64,000 nt of DNA from Planctomycetota bacterium (GTDB lineage: Bacteria > Planctomycetota > PLA2 > JAEUHO01): the NCBI GenBank assembly GCA_050248855.1, contig JBFWRP010000005.1, positions 139,379-203,378 on the forward strand, read 5' to 3'. A program made the position numbers and the translations under genes. This document shows positions 21,860 to 31,871 of the stretch, piece by piece (position 1 is the stretch's first letter; each line of letters starts with the position of its first letter). The notes below the pieces were generated by a model. That model ran no database searches. It was given only the letters and a program-made list of their open reading frames with translations, and was not told the DNA's origin.

Positions 21860-23830
21860 CTACCAGGCCCGCCGCGTGTTGCGCGCGGCCCAGAAGGTCG
21901 TCACCACGAGCGCGAGGAGCACGAGCGAGGTCCAGACGATCGGCCAGGGGTTGGGCTTGCCGAGCCGAGCGCGTGCCAGGGAGCGTGCATTCTCGTCGAC
22001 GCGGCAGTACTTGAAGTACTTGGTGGACAGGTCGTTGTAGCGGTACCCGTGTAGCCACGGGTGCACGAGCGTGTACATCTTGCGACGCACCCGGAACACC
22101 CAGACGCACTGGTCGGTCACGATCTCTTGCATGCGACGGTACATGCGATCCCGCTCGGGACCTGGCAGCAGGAGAGCCGCGTCCTCGTACAGCTTGTTGA
22201 ACTCAGGGTCGTCGAAGTTGGTAGCATTGGATCCGGGGCTCTTGTTCGGGCCGTAGTACAGTTGGAAGAAGTTCTGTGCGTCCGGGTAGTCGGCCCCCCA
22301 AGCCACGCCCCAGAACTGTGACTCCTTGTTGCGCTGCCTCTTGAGCATGTCGGGGAATGACATTTGGAGGGCATCGATCTTCAACCCGATGTCCGCGAGA
22401 TCGGCCTGCGTGGCCTGGAAGAACTGCAGGCCCGTCGTGCCGGCACTTACGTCTTGCGTCAGCCGCGGCGCCCCGACGCCGCCCGGGTAACCAGCCTCCG
22501 CCAGTACCCGACGCGCTCTGTCCAGGGCTGCCTCTCGCGTCTCACCCGGCTGGCGCAGCCAAGGATTGCGGAACTCTGGATCAAACTCCCGGAACTCCTC
22601 GAGGATCGGCCCCTGCACCGGGCGTGCGCGCCCCGTGTACAGGTGCTCGATCTGCCAGTTGACATCCGTAGCCAAGCTGATTGCTCGCCGCAGCGCTAGT
22701 CCCCGCTCCCCGGCTGGAGACCCGAAGTTGGGGTCCTCCATGTTGAAGGCGTCGTAGACGATGTCCAGGCGCTCGTCTTTCGTGAGGTTGATACCCTGTT
22801 GGATCAGCGCCTGGGTAAGCCCTCCCGTGCTGCGGTCGATAGCCTGATCGAAACTGTCCTTGGGAATGCCTGATCGGTCGAGATACCCGCTGAGAAAGTA
22901 GAGCCAGGCGGGCTGGTCCTCCTCGAACACGGTCGCGATCACTCGTGGGGAGAACGGCATGCGCTGACCTACGAACTCCTTCATGTCCGGCGTCCCGTTG
23001 GCGGGATAGAGATCCTGCCGGTAGGACTCGTTCCTCTCGAACACCAGCTTGTGTTTGAGGCGCGCAGGACGCTCGCCCAGGCGATACGGACCACTTCCCA
23101 CGGCTTGGACGGACAAGTCGTCACCATAGAGTGCGACGGCTTCGGGCGGATACACCGAAGTGTAGCCCATGGTCAGGATCCACGGGAGCAGCGCGTAGGG
23201 CTTGATCAAGTGGATGCGGAGCGTGTGATCGTCGACGACCTCGAGACCATCTACGTCCGGATAGCCTTCGGCCTTGTCGTAGCGACTCCTATGCGTGTTC
23301 TTGGGAATCTTCGGACTGGCACTCGCTGCCGCGAACGCGTCCAGCCCGACGACGCGGTCCTTGAACAGCCACGTGCCATCGCTCCTGGACTTCGCATCCA
23401 TCAGCCGCAGGATGTTGAACTTCACGTCCGACGCGACGACTTCCCGCCCGCGGCCCGCCGACTCACGGAAGCAAGTGTCATCGATGTAGCGAACGCCCTT
23501 GCGCAGGCGGATCGTGTACGTGAGTGCATCCTCGCTTACCTCGGGCATCGCCGCGGCGAGGCACGGCTTGAGCTCGAAGGTCGGGGAGTAGTAGTCGTAC
23601 TCGTAGAGCTGGTCATACAAGTTCGAGATGCAGGTGTTGCTGTACTGGTCACTTCCGCGGATGGGGTCGAGGCTCTGCGGTGCGCTCGAGAGCGGCACGT
23701 GCAGCTCTCCAGGGAGCGCCCCGGGGTAGGGGTCGGCGCCGCAGGCGCCGAGCAGCGGCAGCAGGACGGCCGCCGCAAGCGGCAGGAGGCGCCGGGCGCA
23801 GGTGTGTCGTTGCAGGCGCCCTCGACCCAT
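21860..23830 (-). CDS. Peptide ABC transporter substrate-binding lipoprotein (family 5)
   Basis: Lipobox LLGAC, SLDP, LRKGVRY, GSGPY, WGADYPDA; C-terminal TM helix; start uncertain. Confidence 0.87.
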   Translation of the reverse strand: MGRGRLQRHTCARRLLPLAAAVLLPLLGACGADPYPGALPGELHVPLSSAPQSLDPIRGSDQYSNTCISNLYDQLYEYDYYSPTFELKPCLAAAMPEVSEDALTYTIRLRKGVRYIDDTCFRESAGRGREVVASDVKFNILRLMDAKSRSDGTWLFKDRVVGLDAFAAASASPKIPKNTHRSRYDKAEGYPDVDGLEVVDDHTLRIHLIKPYALLPWILTMGYTSVYPPEAVALYGDDLSVQAVGSGPYRLGERPARLKHKLVFERNESYRQDLYPANGTPDMKEFVGQRMPFSPRVIATVFEEDQPAWLYFLSGYLDRSGIPKDSFDQAIDRSTGGLTQALIQQGINLTKDERLDIVYDAFNMEDPNFGSPAGERGLALRRAISLATDVNWQIEHLYTGRARPVQGPILEEFREFDPEFRNPWLRQPGETREAALDRARRVLAEAGYPGGVGAPRLTQDVSAGTTGLQFFQATQADLADIGLKIDALQMSFPDMLKRQRNKESQFWGVAWGADYPDAQNFFQLYYGPNKSPGSNATNFDDPEFNKLYEDAALLLPGPERDRMYRRMQEIVTDQCVWVFRVRRKMYTLVHPWLHGYRYNDLSTKYFKYCRVDENARSLARARLGKPNPWPIVWTSLVLLALVVTTFWAARNTRRAW

Positions 23831-23944
23831 CGCGGCGGAACGTACCGGCGCGCACGGGCGGCCGCAACGTGCAGGATCCGATCGTCGGCCCGCGGTGGCT
23901 GACAAGCCTTCCGCAGGGCGCCGCTCCGCCGCTACCCTCTAGGC

Positions 23945-24709
23945 ATGCTGCTTCCCCTTCTCGTGATCGCCGCGGGCTTGGGCCTGGGCGCGCTGGGCTG
24001 GCTCTACGGCCGCCTGGCGGGACGTGAACGCGACCTGGCCCAGGGCATCGGCAGGCTCCAGGAACACATCGAGGCCGCACAGAAGAGCCTGCAGCAGCGC
24101 CTGGAGGCGTCCGCCGAAGCCGCCGACCGCGCCACCGAAGCACGCTTGGCGCCCCACGCGGCATCGCTGCGCACGCTGCGCGCGGACCTCGACCGCGCGC
24201 TGCCGGGTCTCGAGGGCGCCGGGAGCCGGCTGGAGGGGCTGGGCGCCGAGATCCAAGCCCTCGAGCGGCGCGTCGCCGAAGGCGGGCGCAGTGCCACGGC
24301 GGCCGCGACGGAGGCGGCCGCGAACGCCGCGCGCCAGGCCTCCGAGGACTTGCGCAAGGCGCTCGCCGGCCTCTTGCAGCGGATGGAGACACTCGAGAAG
24401 CGCGTCGCCGCGGCCGAGGTCGTCCCGGCCACGCGACGTACCGAGCACGCAGCGCCGCCGCGGGCGGCGCCGACCCCCGCGACGACCCCCACGACGACGC
24501 CCACGACGACGGTCGGGGGCGCTCCGGCCGGACGTGCCGACCTCGCGTTCTCCGGGGCCACGCCCGTCCCCGTGGCCGCGCCGCCGCGCACGGTCTCGAC
24601 GACCTCCCCCACCGAGGAGGACGCAGGCACGCCGGAGTCTGGCCTGGGCTGGATCCTGCTCGCCGTGGTGGTCGTGCTGGTGCTCGCGCTGCTCGCGAAC
24701 TTCGGCTGA
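23945..24709 (+). CDS. Coiled-coil membrane protein
   Basis: TM helices at both ends, central coiled-coil, Pro/Thr-rich linker. Confidence 0.7.
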   Translation: MLLPLLVIAAGLGLGALGWLYGRLAGRERDLAQGIGRLQEHIEAAQKSLQQRLEASAEAADRATEARLAPHAASLRTLRADLDRALPGLEGAGSRLEGLGAEIQALERRVAEGGRSATAAATEAAANAARQASEDLRKALAGLLQRMETLEKRVAAAEVVPATRRTEHAAPPRAAPTPATTPTTTPTTTVGGAPAGRADLAFSGATPVPVAAPPRTVSTTSPTEEDAGTPESGLGWILLAVVVVLVLALLANFG

Positions 24710-24722
24710 TCCTCGTGCCGGG

Positions 24723-26120
24723 CTACCGCCCCGGCTCGGTCATGTGGCGCAGGTCGAGCACCTTCTTGAGCTCCGCCGGGGGCAGGAGCTTCTTCTCTTC
24801 GGCCAGCTCGCGGATGGTGCGGCCGGACTGGTAGGCCTCCTTGGCCAGCTTGGCCGCCGCGTCGTAGCCGATGTGCGGGGCCAGCGCCGTGCCCAGCATG
24901 AGGCTCTGCTCCACGATGCGCTCCACGCGCTCGCGATCGACTTCCAGGCCGCGCACGCAGCGGTGGTCGAAGCCTTCCACCGCACCGGCCAGCACGCGCA
25001 CGCCGTCGATCAACACGTCCCCGAGCAAAGGCAGCGAGACGTTCAGCTCGAAGCTGCCCGAGGCGCCGGCGATGTTGACCGTGGTCACGTAGCCTTGCAC
25101 CAGCTGGCAGGCCATGATCAGGCTCTCGGCCATCACGGGGTTGACCTTGCCCGGCATGATCGAGCTACCCGGCTGCACGGCGGGCAGCTTGAGCTCACCC
25201 AAGCCGCAGCGCGGGCCCGAGCCCAGCCAGCGGATGTCGTTGGCGACCTTGGTCAGCGCGGCCGCCGCGGCGCCCAGCGCCCCCGCGAAGAACACGCACG
25301 CCTCGCGGCCGCCCTGCTGCTCGAAGTGGTTGCGCGCCTCACGCAGCGGCAGGCCCAGGATCCTGCCCAGGTGCTGGATCGCGAGCGGCGGGAAGGCAGG
25401 GTCGGTGCCGATCCCCGTACCGACGGCCGTGCCGCCGAGGGCGACTTCGAGCAGACCGTCGTAGGCGAGCGCGATGCGCTGGCAGGAGTGGGCGACTTGC
25501 GCCGCATGGCCGCGGAACACCTGGCCCATGCGCACGGGCGTGGCGTCCTGCAAGTGCGTGCGGCCGACCTTGACGACGTCGTCGGAGGCATCCGCCAGCT
25601 TGAGCAGCGAGCTCGCGAGGTCACCCATCGCGGGCAGCAAGCGCGTGCGCACCAGCCGCGCCACGCTGACGTGCAGCGCCGTGGGGATGACGTCGTTGCT
25701 GGACTGCCCGAGGTTGACGTGGTCGTTGGGATGGACGGGCTCCTTCTGGCCCGGCTTGCCGCCCAAGGCGACGTTGGCCATGTTGGCCAGCACCTCGTTC
25801 ATGTTCATGTTCGACGAAGTGCCCGAGCCGGTCTGGAACACGTCGATCGGGAACTCGGCTTCGTGGCCGCCCGCAAGGATCGCTTCGGCCGCCTTGCGGA
25901 TGGCCTTGGCCGTCTTCGCGGGCAGGAGCTTCAGCTCCTGGTTGGCCTCGGCGGCGGCCGCCTTGATCGCCGCCAGCGCATGCAGGAACTCGGGCGGCAG
26001 GGGCCGGCCCGAGACGCGGAAGTTGTCCACGGCGCGCTGGGTCTGCGCGCCCCACATGCGCTTGGCAGGGACCTTCACATCGCCCATCGAGTCGCGCTCG
26101 GTGCGCATCCGCTCGGCCAT
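24723..26120 (-). CDS. fumC: Class II fumarate hydratase
   Basis: QTGSGTSSNMN, HPNDHVN, GRTHLQDA, GSSIMPGKVNP. Confidence 0.93.
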   Translation of the reverse strand: MAERMRTERDSMGDVKVPAKRMWGAQTQRAVDNFRVSGRPLPPEFLHALAAIKAAAAEANQELKLLPAKTAKAIRKAAEAILAGGHEAEFPIDVFQTGSGTSSNMNMNEVLANMANVALGGKPGQKEPVHPNDHVNLGQSSNDVIPTALHVSVARLVRTRLLPAMGDLASSLLKLADASDDVVKVGRTHLQDATPVRMGQVFRGHAAQVAHSCQRIALAYDGLLEVALGGTAVGTGIGTDPAFPPLAIQHLGRILGLPLREARNHFEQQGGREACVFFAGALGAAAAALTKVANDIRWLGSGPRCGLGELKLPAVQPGSSIMPGKVNPVMAESLIMACQLVQGYVTTVNIAGASGSFELNVSLPLLGDVLIDGVRVLAGAVEGFDHRCVRGLEVDRERVERIVEQSLMLGTALAPHIGYDAAAKLAKEAYQSGRTIRELAEEKKLLPPAELKKVLDLRHMTEPGR

Positions 26121-26146
26121 GGTGTCTCCTACGCGTGTCCTGCGGG

Positions 26147-26620
26147 CTACTGCAGCTCGGCGAGGATCGCGTTGACGACCGACGGCGCATCGACCGGCAG
26201 CACGTAGCGGCGGGTCGGGCCGGTGATCTGCTTGTCGCTCTTGTCGGCCTCTTCCTTGATGGCGAGGCCCGCGAGCACGATCGGCAGCTGACGGGTGGCG
26301 CGATCGGCGCGGAGCTGCTGGCCGGTGTGGCGGCCGCGCTCGGGCTGGTCCTGCATGTCGACCACGATCAGGTCGGGGCGGAAGTCGCGCAGGTTCGGGG
26401 CGAGCTCGTTGCTGGTCTCGGCCGTGCGGATCTCGTGGCCCGCGGCCTTCAAGGCCTCCCCGAGCACGGCGAGGCGCGCGGCGTCGAAGCCGATCAACCA
26501 GACGTTGCGCGAGAGGCGCGGGGCCTTGGGCGTGCGGACCTCGCTGACCGGGTCGCCGGGCTTGGCGGTCTGGCCGTGCGGCTTGATGCGCGGCCGGGGC
26601 TTGGCCTTGGGCTTGGTCAT
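26147..26620 (-). CDS. Atypical response-regulator receiver-like protein
   Basis: GGAGGAG RBS; RPDLIVVDM and LRADRATRQLPIVL receiver pattern; basic N-terminal tail. Confidence 0.65.
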   Translation of the reverse strand: MTKPKAKPRPRIKPHGQTAKPGDPVSEVRTPKAPRLSRNVWLIGFDAARLAVLGEALKAAGHEIRTAETSNELAPNLRDFRPDLIVVDMQDQPERGRHTGQQLRADRATRQLPIVLAGLAIKEEADKSDKQITGPTRRYVLPVDAPSVVNAILAELQ

Positions 26621-26775
26621 CGGGCTCCTCCGCCGGGTCCGACGCGGCCCTCCGAGGGGGTGGGCGGCGAGCGGGCGCCCGGGCGCGCGGGAACGGCGGA
26701 GGGTAGCAGCGCCAGGGCCACCCTCCCGAGCGATGCCGGGGGCGCTCCCAGGTGCTTGGCCCCCGGACGGGCGGG

Positions 26776-29088
26776 TCAGCGCAAGCGGGCGCGCCACGGG
26801 GCCGGGAGCATCGAGAGGGGCACGGCCAGGCCCAGCACCTCCAAGTCGCCGAGCGTCGCCGCCGGGACGCCCAGGAGGCGGCCCTCGGCGTCCGTCAGCA
26901 TGCCGCCGCTGTGGCCGGGCCCGACCCAGGCGTCGGTCTTGATCCAGCGCAGGGTGCCGGCGGCATCGGCCTCGAGACCGGCGACCACGCCCCGGCTGAG
27001 CGTGAGGGGGGTCCGGTTGCGCTCCGAGCCGTCGGCCGGATAGCCGTAGACCGTGACGGGGGCGCCAAGCTCGAGGGCGTCGGGGTCGCCGAGCTCGATG
27101 AACGGCAGCGGCTGCGTCGCGTCGAGCGACCGACCGAACACGTCCCGTTCGATCTTGAGCAACGCGAGATCGAGCTCCTCGTCGCTGTCCACGAGCCGGG
27201 CCTCGAAGGCGTGGACGGGGGGCCGGTCGGTGCGAACCGGGAACGCGATCAGGATGCCTTCGTCCTGCAGCGGTCCGTCGTCTTCCGGCTGCAGCACGTG
27301 ACGGCACGTGAGGATGTAGCCGTCGGGGGTCAGGCAGGCGCCGCTGCCGCCACTGCCATCGTCGACGGTGATCTCCACGCACGCGGCCTGGCTGCGCGGC
27401 AACGGCAGGCCGCTGCGACGGCGTCCGGGCGGCGGCCAGCCGGCGGGCAGCTCGGGCATGGGCGGCTGCGCGATGTCCCACGCCACTTCGAAGTCGGTCG
27501 GGTCTTCGTACGGGTCCGGCGACGTCACGGCCATCCACAGGGAGCGGGCCGCGGGAAGCGGGGTCCCCCACGACCAGACCATCCGCTCGTCGGGGCGCGG
27601 CGAGAACGAGCGCGCGAGGATGGAGCCGTCCTCGGGGCGCACCAGCATCAGGTCCAGGGCGCCGGTCGACTTCCAGACCTGCGCCCCGAGCGAGCTGGCG
27701 CCTGCCGGGACCTCGATGCGGTACCACGCCGTGGGCGCGCTGTCGGGCTCGACGTGGCCTCGCACGAACGACCCGCGCGTCAGCGTGGCCGCACGCACGT
27801 CCTCGACGGGCTCGCGGCTCCACGACACGTCGAGCTGGACACGCACTTCCTCGACGTCGTCGATCAGCTCGGTCGTGAGGTACCAGGTGCCCGCGGGCAG
27901 CTCGCGCTGCCCCCCCGCCACCACGATCTCGTTCTCGTCCAGCGAGATGGCGTACCAGTCGGCGTCCACGGTGCGTTCGTTGCCGGGCTTGCCAGCCGAG
28001 AGATAGAGGTCCACGTCGACGGCCAGCTGCGGCGTGGCCCTCACGCGCACGCTGCGTGTGCCCGCGGGGACGTCGAACGCGACATCGTCCGACGAGCTCG
28101 CGCCCTCCAAGAGCACATGGGTCGAAACGGCGCCCTGCGTCATGCCTTGCGGGCTGCGCAGGCCTACGTGACGGACATCGGCGTCGCTGCGGATGGGAGA
28201 GCCCAGGGTGAGCGTGGCATCGGCATCATCCACGGGCTGGGGAGCTGAATCCTGCAAGGGACGCGTTACCGACCACCCAAGGACCTGGAGCTGGCGCGCT
28301 TCGGGGTCGTCGAGCTTCAGGCGGCCTCCGCCGCGCTGCACGCGACGCGATGTCACCAGCTCGCCACCCGCGCCGCGGAGCTCGACCGTCAGCTCATGGG
28401 CTCCCAGTCCCGTTGGCGTCGGCAGGTCGTTGGGTTCGGTGATGTGTTCTCCAAGGGGCAGCCGACCTCCAACTCGTAGCTCTGCCTCGGTCAAGTACGG
28501 CCGCTTGGACTCCGCGTCCGACGCCCACACCTCCAGCACACGCCCGGCCCAGGCCTCCGTGCCCACTCGGCACGCGGACAGCTCCTTCGCCTCACCCGGC
28601 AAGATCACGTCCGCGTACGCACCCGGTGTGACACGCAAGAACGTCTGCACGTCCGTCGCATGCGATGACGTGTCGAGCTCGATCCAGGCAAACCAGCGGC
28701 CCGGCGCAAGCGGTCCTTCGACCTGCAGGTGCTCGAGGCCCGAAGTGGTGCGCGCAACGACCTCGGCCTCGCGCCGCGGGTCCAAGCCGAAGGGGCGGCC
28801 ACGGCGCAGGTAGACGTCGACGTCGGCCTCGAGCTCGGTCGCGGCGACGACGAGATCGAAGCGTGTCGCTTCGGCCGGTACGTCGTACGCGAGCCGGAGG
28901 TGCGGAGCTCGCCGGCTCAAGCGCTTGGCGGGAGCCAGGCCCTCGGGGAGGAGGACGCTGTCGCCCGTCGAGTCGGGCGCCGCATGCGCCTCCCGACGGG
29001 CCGTCGTCAGGCCGGCGCCCGCCAGCAGGACCACGGCGAGGAGAGCGACAGAGCGGCCTGCGATCCGCGCGTGAGGGTGCCTGTGCAT
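26776..29088 (-). CDS. Secreted trypsin-like serine protease with PPC-like domains
   Basis: Signal peptide; DVDVYL/DVDLYL/ALDLML repeats; triad LTCRHV, LDLALL, GPGHSGG. Confidence 0.82.
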   Translation of the reverse strand: MHRHPHARIAGRSVALLAVVLLAGAGLTTARREAHAAPDSTGDSVLLPEGLAPAKRLSRRAPHLRLAYDVPAEATRFDLVVAATELEADVDVYLRRGRPFGLDPRREAEVVARTTSGLEHLQVEGPLAPGRWFAWIELDTSSHATDVQTFLRVTPGAYADVILPGEAKELSACRVGTEAWAGRVLEVWASDAESKRPYLTEAELRVGGRLPLGEHITEPNDLPTPTGLGAHELTVELRGAGGELVTSRRVQRGGGRLKLDDPEARQLQVLGWSVTRPLQDSAPQPVDDADATLTLGSPIRSDADVRHVGLRSPQGMTQGAVSTHVLLEGASSSDDVAFDVPAGTRSVRVRATPQLAVDVDLYLSAGKPGNERTVDADWYAISLDENEIVVAGGQRELPAGTWYLTTELIDDVEEVRVQLDVSWSREPVEDVRAATLTRGSFVRGHVEPDSAPTAWYRIEVPAGASSLGAQVWKSTGALDLMLVRPEDGSILARSFSPRPDERMVWSWGTPLPAARSLWMAVTSPDPYEDPTDFEVAWDIAQPPMPELPAGWPPPGRRRSGLPLPRSQAACVEITVDDGSGGSGACLTPDGYILTCRHVLQPEDDGPLQDEGILIAFPVRTDRPPVHAFEARLVDSDEELDLALLKIERDVFGRSLDATQPLPFIELGDPDALELGAPVTVYGYPADGSERNRTPLTLSRGVVAGLEADAAGTLRWIKTDAWVGPGHSGGMLTDAEGRLLGVPAATLGDLEVLGLAVPLSMLPAPWRARLR

Positions 29089-29154
29089 CCCATGAGGAGG
29101 CCAGCGGCTGGCGCCCGTGTCCACCCCCGCACGCGGCCGGGTACCGTGGCGCGC

Positions 29155-29925
29155 ATGGAACGCTTCCTCTCGCTTCTGCTCGCCTCGGCCCTCGGTGGAG
29201 CCGCCGGGGGCTTCGTCATGCACTTGGTCGGTCCCGCGCGGGGCGGCGGCAGCGACGTGGCCGCCGGGGCCTCCGAGGCGGAAGCCAAGCGTCTCGGTGA
29301 GCTCCTGTCGGGCATCGAGCAGCGCATCGAGGCCCTCGCCAGCGAGGGCGGCGCCGCAGGTCGCCCGGGCCTGCGCGGCGCCCCGCCCGGGCGTCCCCTC
29401 GCCCCGCGGCCGGGCGAGATCGACGAGGCCACGCTCGAGGTGCTCTCGGCCAAGCTGGCCGAGCGGATGGAGGACACGGTCAAGAAGGCCGTGAGCGAAG
29501 CCGTCGAGAGCGGCAGTTCGGACACGCCGCGCCGCGAGCGCCGCAAGCGCGTGTCGCTGGCCGAAGCGGCCAAGCAGCTCGAGCTCTCGACGACGCAGGA
29601 GGAACAGCTCCGCGAGCTCTACGGGGAGCTCGAGAACGAGGTCTACACCATGCTCGCGGGCAAGGACGGCGACCCCGAGGAGGTCCGCCGCGACGTGCAG
29701 ACGGCCAAGGACGACCCGGCCAAGACCATGGAAGTGGTCGGCAAGTACATCCCCAAGGCCATGGGCAACCTCGGTGGCTTCATGGCCCTCGAGGTCAAGC
29801 GCCAGCAGCGCACGAACGAGATCGTCGGCCCCGAGAAGGCCGACCGCATGCGCCGCGAGTTCTCCATCGAGGAACAAGACCCCCTCGGCATGGAGGGCGG
29901 CTTCAACTTGCGCGCGGGGAGGTAG
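29155..29925 (+). CDS. Hypothetical membrane-anchored helical protein
   Basis: N-terminal anchor, coiled-coil, LELSTTQEEQL; resembles 5228-6058. Confidence 0.75.
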   Translation: MERFLSLLLASALGGAAGGFVMHLVGPARGGGSDVAAGASEAEAKRLGELLSGIEQRIEALASEGGAAGRPGLRGAPPGRPLAPRPGEIDEATLEVLSAKLAERMEDTVKKAVSEAVESGSSDTPRRERRKRVSLAEAAKQLELSTTQEEQLRELYGELENEVYTMLAGKDGDPEEVRRDVQTAKDDPAKTMEVVGKYIPKAMGNLGGFMALEVKRQQRTNEIVGPEKADRMRREFSIEEQDPLGMEGGFNLRAGR

Positions 29926-29930
29926 CGACG

Positions 29931-31358
29931 CTACCGCCTGTCCTCCGCGTGACGCAGCAGCGCGGCGACGAGGTGCTCCTTCTTGTCACGCGCTTCCAGG
30001 CGGTAGATGCCGGGGCGCTTGGCCTCGAAGCGAAGCGTGGGACCCAGGCCCGGTGAGTACGTGCCCGCGCCGTAGGCGCCACGCGTCCCGACGACCTTCC
30101 CGTCGGGTCCTACGACACGCATGCTGACGCCGCTCTGCGGCGCACCGCGCAGGACGAAGAGGTAGTCCCAGCCGGGCATGCACGCGCCAAGCGCCACCAG
30201 CTTCCAGTCGCGCGTGAGCTTGGCCTTGACCTCGGGGTCCACGCCCGTGCCCATGTGGATGGGCGCCCCGCCCAGCTCGGCCCGATCGAGCAGCTGGACG
30301 TCGGCCGTGGGCGCCGGCCCGCGGATGCCGATGAAGCGATACGTCCCGGCGTGGTACGGACGGAACCACGTCATCCCCGCGTCGTAGTGCGTGCGCGCTC
30401 GCTGCTCTTGGCCCATGCCCGTGGCGCTCACCCAGCGGTCGCCCCGCTTCATCTGCACGAAGTACGGGTTCTCCGCGGCCTCGGGGATGTTCACGAGCAC
30501 GAGGTCGCCGGGGCGCGCGCGCACCACGGGAACCGGGCCCTCGACGAGCACCGCGCTGGGCTCGGGCTCGGGGACGTCGAGCACCGGCGGATCGACCGTC
30601 TCGCCTTCCTCCAGACGCCGTAGCTTGACGCCGTACGAGCCGCCGCCATCGAACGTACCGCGCACCTCCAAGCGCAAGGGCGCTCCTGCATCGGCGGCAG
30701 GCGGTAGCGGGTCGGGGGCCACGAAGCGCACGGGAGGAAGCGGCCTCAGCGCCAGCGCCCCCTGCTCGCTGTCGCCGAGCACGTCATCGGTCGACGCCAG
30801 GACGCGCAAGCGCACGCGGCCGGCGCTGCCCTCGGTCGGCGTGACCTGGTAGGCCACGCCGGGCTCCACTGCGAGATCCCACGTGTTGACCTCGCCGAGC
30901 AGCAGCTCCCCCACCCGCGCCGTCTCCTCGTCGGGGACGAGCACGCGCCTGTGCGCCACGGTTGGGACGTCCCCGGGACCGAGCGTGGCGAAGCGCAGCT
31001 CGGCGCGGCCCGTGAACGCGCTCAGACCCTGCACACGAACGAGCAGGCGCTCGTCGCGTACGGCCTGCCAGACGTGGCGCGCGACGCGCTCGTCGTCGGA
31101 GGTGACGCGCGCGAACGGCTCTTCACCCTCACGCCCGAGCGCCAACACGGAGCGCGGCAAGGTGACGCCGCGGACCTCCAAGCGGTACCGGCAGCCGGAC
31201 AGGGCCACGATCTCGAACGTCTGCGACTCGCCGGGGCGGCCGATCTCGAACGTGAGGGGCCGATCGTCGGCCTGGAGGCGCACGGGCCCGCGCGGACCCG
31301 CCAGCAACGGGGGGGCCAGTGCCGCCAGGGCGATCCCGAACGCGATCCATGGAGCCAC
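29931..31358 (-). CDS. Secreted hypothetical protein
   Basis: Signal-like N-terminus from GTG 31358; beta-rich; start uncertain. Confidence 0.65.
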   Translation of the reverse strand: MAPWIAFGIALAALAPPLLAGPRGPVRLQADDRPLTFEIGRPGESQTFEIVALSGCRYRLEVRGVTLPRSVLALGREGEEPFARVTSDDERVARHVWQAVRDERLLVRVQGLSAFTGRAELRFATLGPGDVPTVAHRRVLVPDEETARVGELLLGEVNTWDLAVEPGVAYQVTPTEGSAGRVRLRVLASTDDVLGDSEQGALALRPLPPVRFVAPDPLPPAADAGAPLRLEVRGTFDGGGSYGVKLRRLEEGETVDPPVLDVPEPEPSAVLVEGPVPVVRARPGDLVLVNIPEAAENPYFVQMKRGDRWVSATGMGQEQRARTHYDAGMTWFRPYHAGTYRFIGIRGPAPTADVQLLDRAELGGAPIHMGTGVDPEVKAKLTRDWKLVALGACMPGWDYLFVLRGAPQSGVSMRVVGPDGKVVGTRGAYGAGTYSPGLGPTLRFEAKRPGIYRLEARDKKEHLVAALLRHAEDRR

Positions 31359-31424
31359 GCGAGAACGTCGGCGTTCGCAGGGGTAGCGTGGGCGGGTCTC
31401 CCCCGCCACGGAGCCCGCAACCCC

Positions 31425-31829
31425 ATGCGTCCGATCGTCCATGCGCTCCTCGTCTGTCGGGACCTCGAGACGGAGCCCGACGGCAGCCTCACCCTACGAA
31501 ACGTCGTGGAGATCGTGCCGGCGGAGGCCATCCCCGGCGAGGTCGGGCCCTTGGTCTTCGTGGCGTTCCTCCGCGGCATGCCCGCAGGCGCGGGCGAGGG
31601 CGCCTTCGTGCTCCATGTCGGCGGCGCCGAGCAGCCGGGAGGCGCCCGCCTCCCCCTCAAGCTCGACGTGCCCGCGGCGATGGCGGGTCGCCAGCTGGCT
31701 GTGCACGTTCGCCTGCGGGCGCTCCCCGTCGAGCAGGCGGGCTGGTTCGACCTCGGCTTCGAGTGGGCCGGCGAGATGCTTGCGTCCACACGCTTCGCGG
31801 TCGGCACGCGCGGCGGACCCTCCTCCTGA
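31425..31829 (+). CDS. Hypothetical beta-sandwich protein
   Basis: MRPIVHALLVC...DGSLTL; GGAG upstream. Confidence 0.65.
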   Translation: MRPIVHALLVCRDLETEPDGSLTLRNVVEIVPAEAIPGEVGPLVFVAFLRGMPAGAGEGAFVLHVGGAEQPGGARLPLKLDVPAAMAGRQLAVHVRLRALPVEQAGWFDLGFEWAGEMLASTRFAVGTRGGPSS

Positions 31830-31871
31830 CGCGAGCCTGCGAGCGACGCCGCGATCCGCTACCCTCCGCCG

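Noticed and set aside
29089..29877. N-terminal extension making the serine protease 1033 aa
   Set aside because: It overlaps gene 29155-29925 on the opposite strand; the signal peptide begins near 29088.
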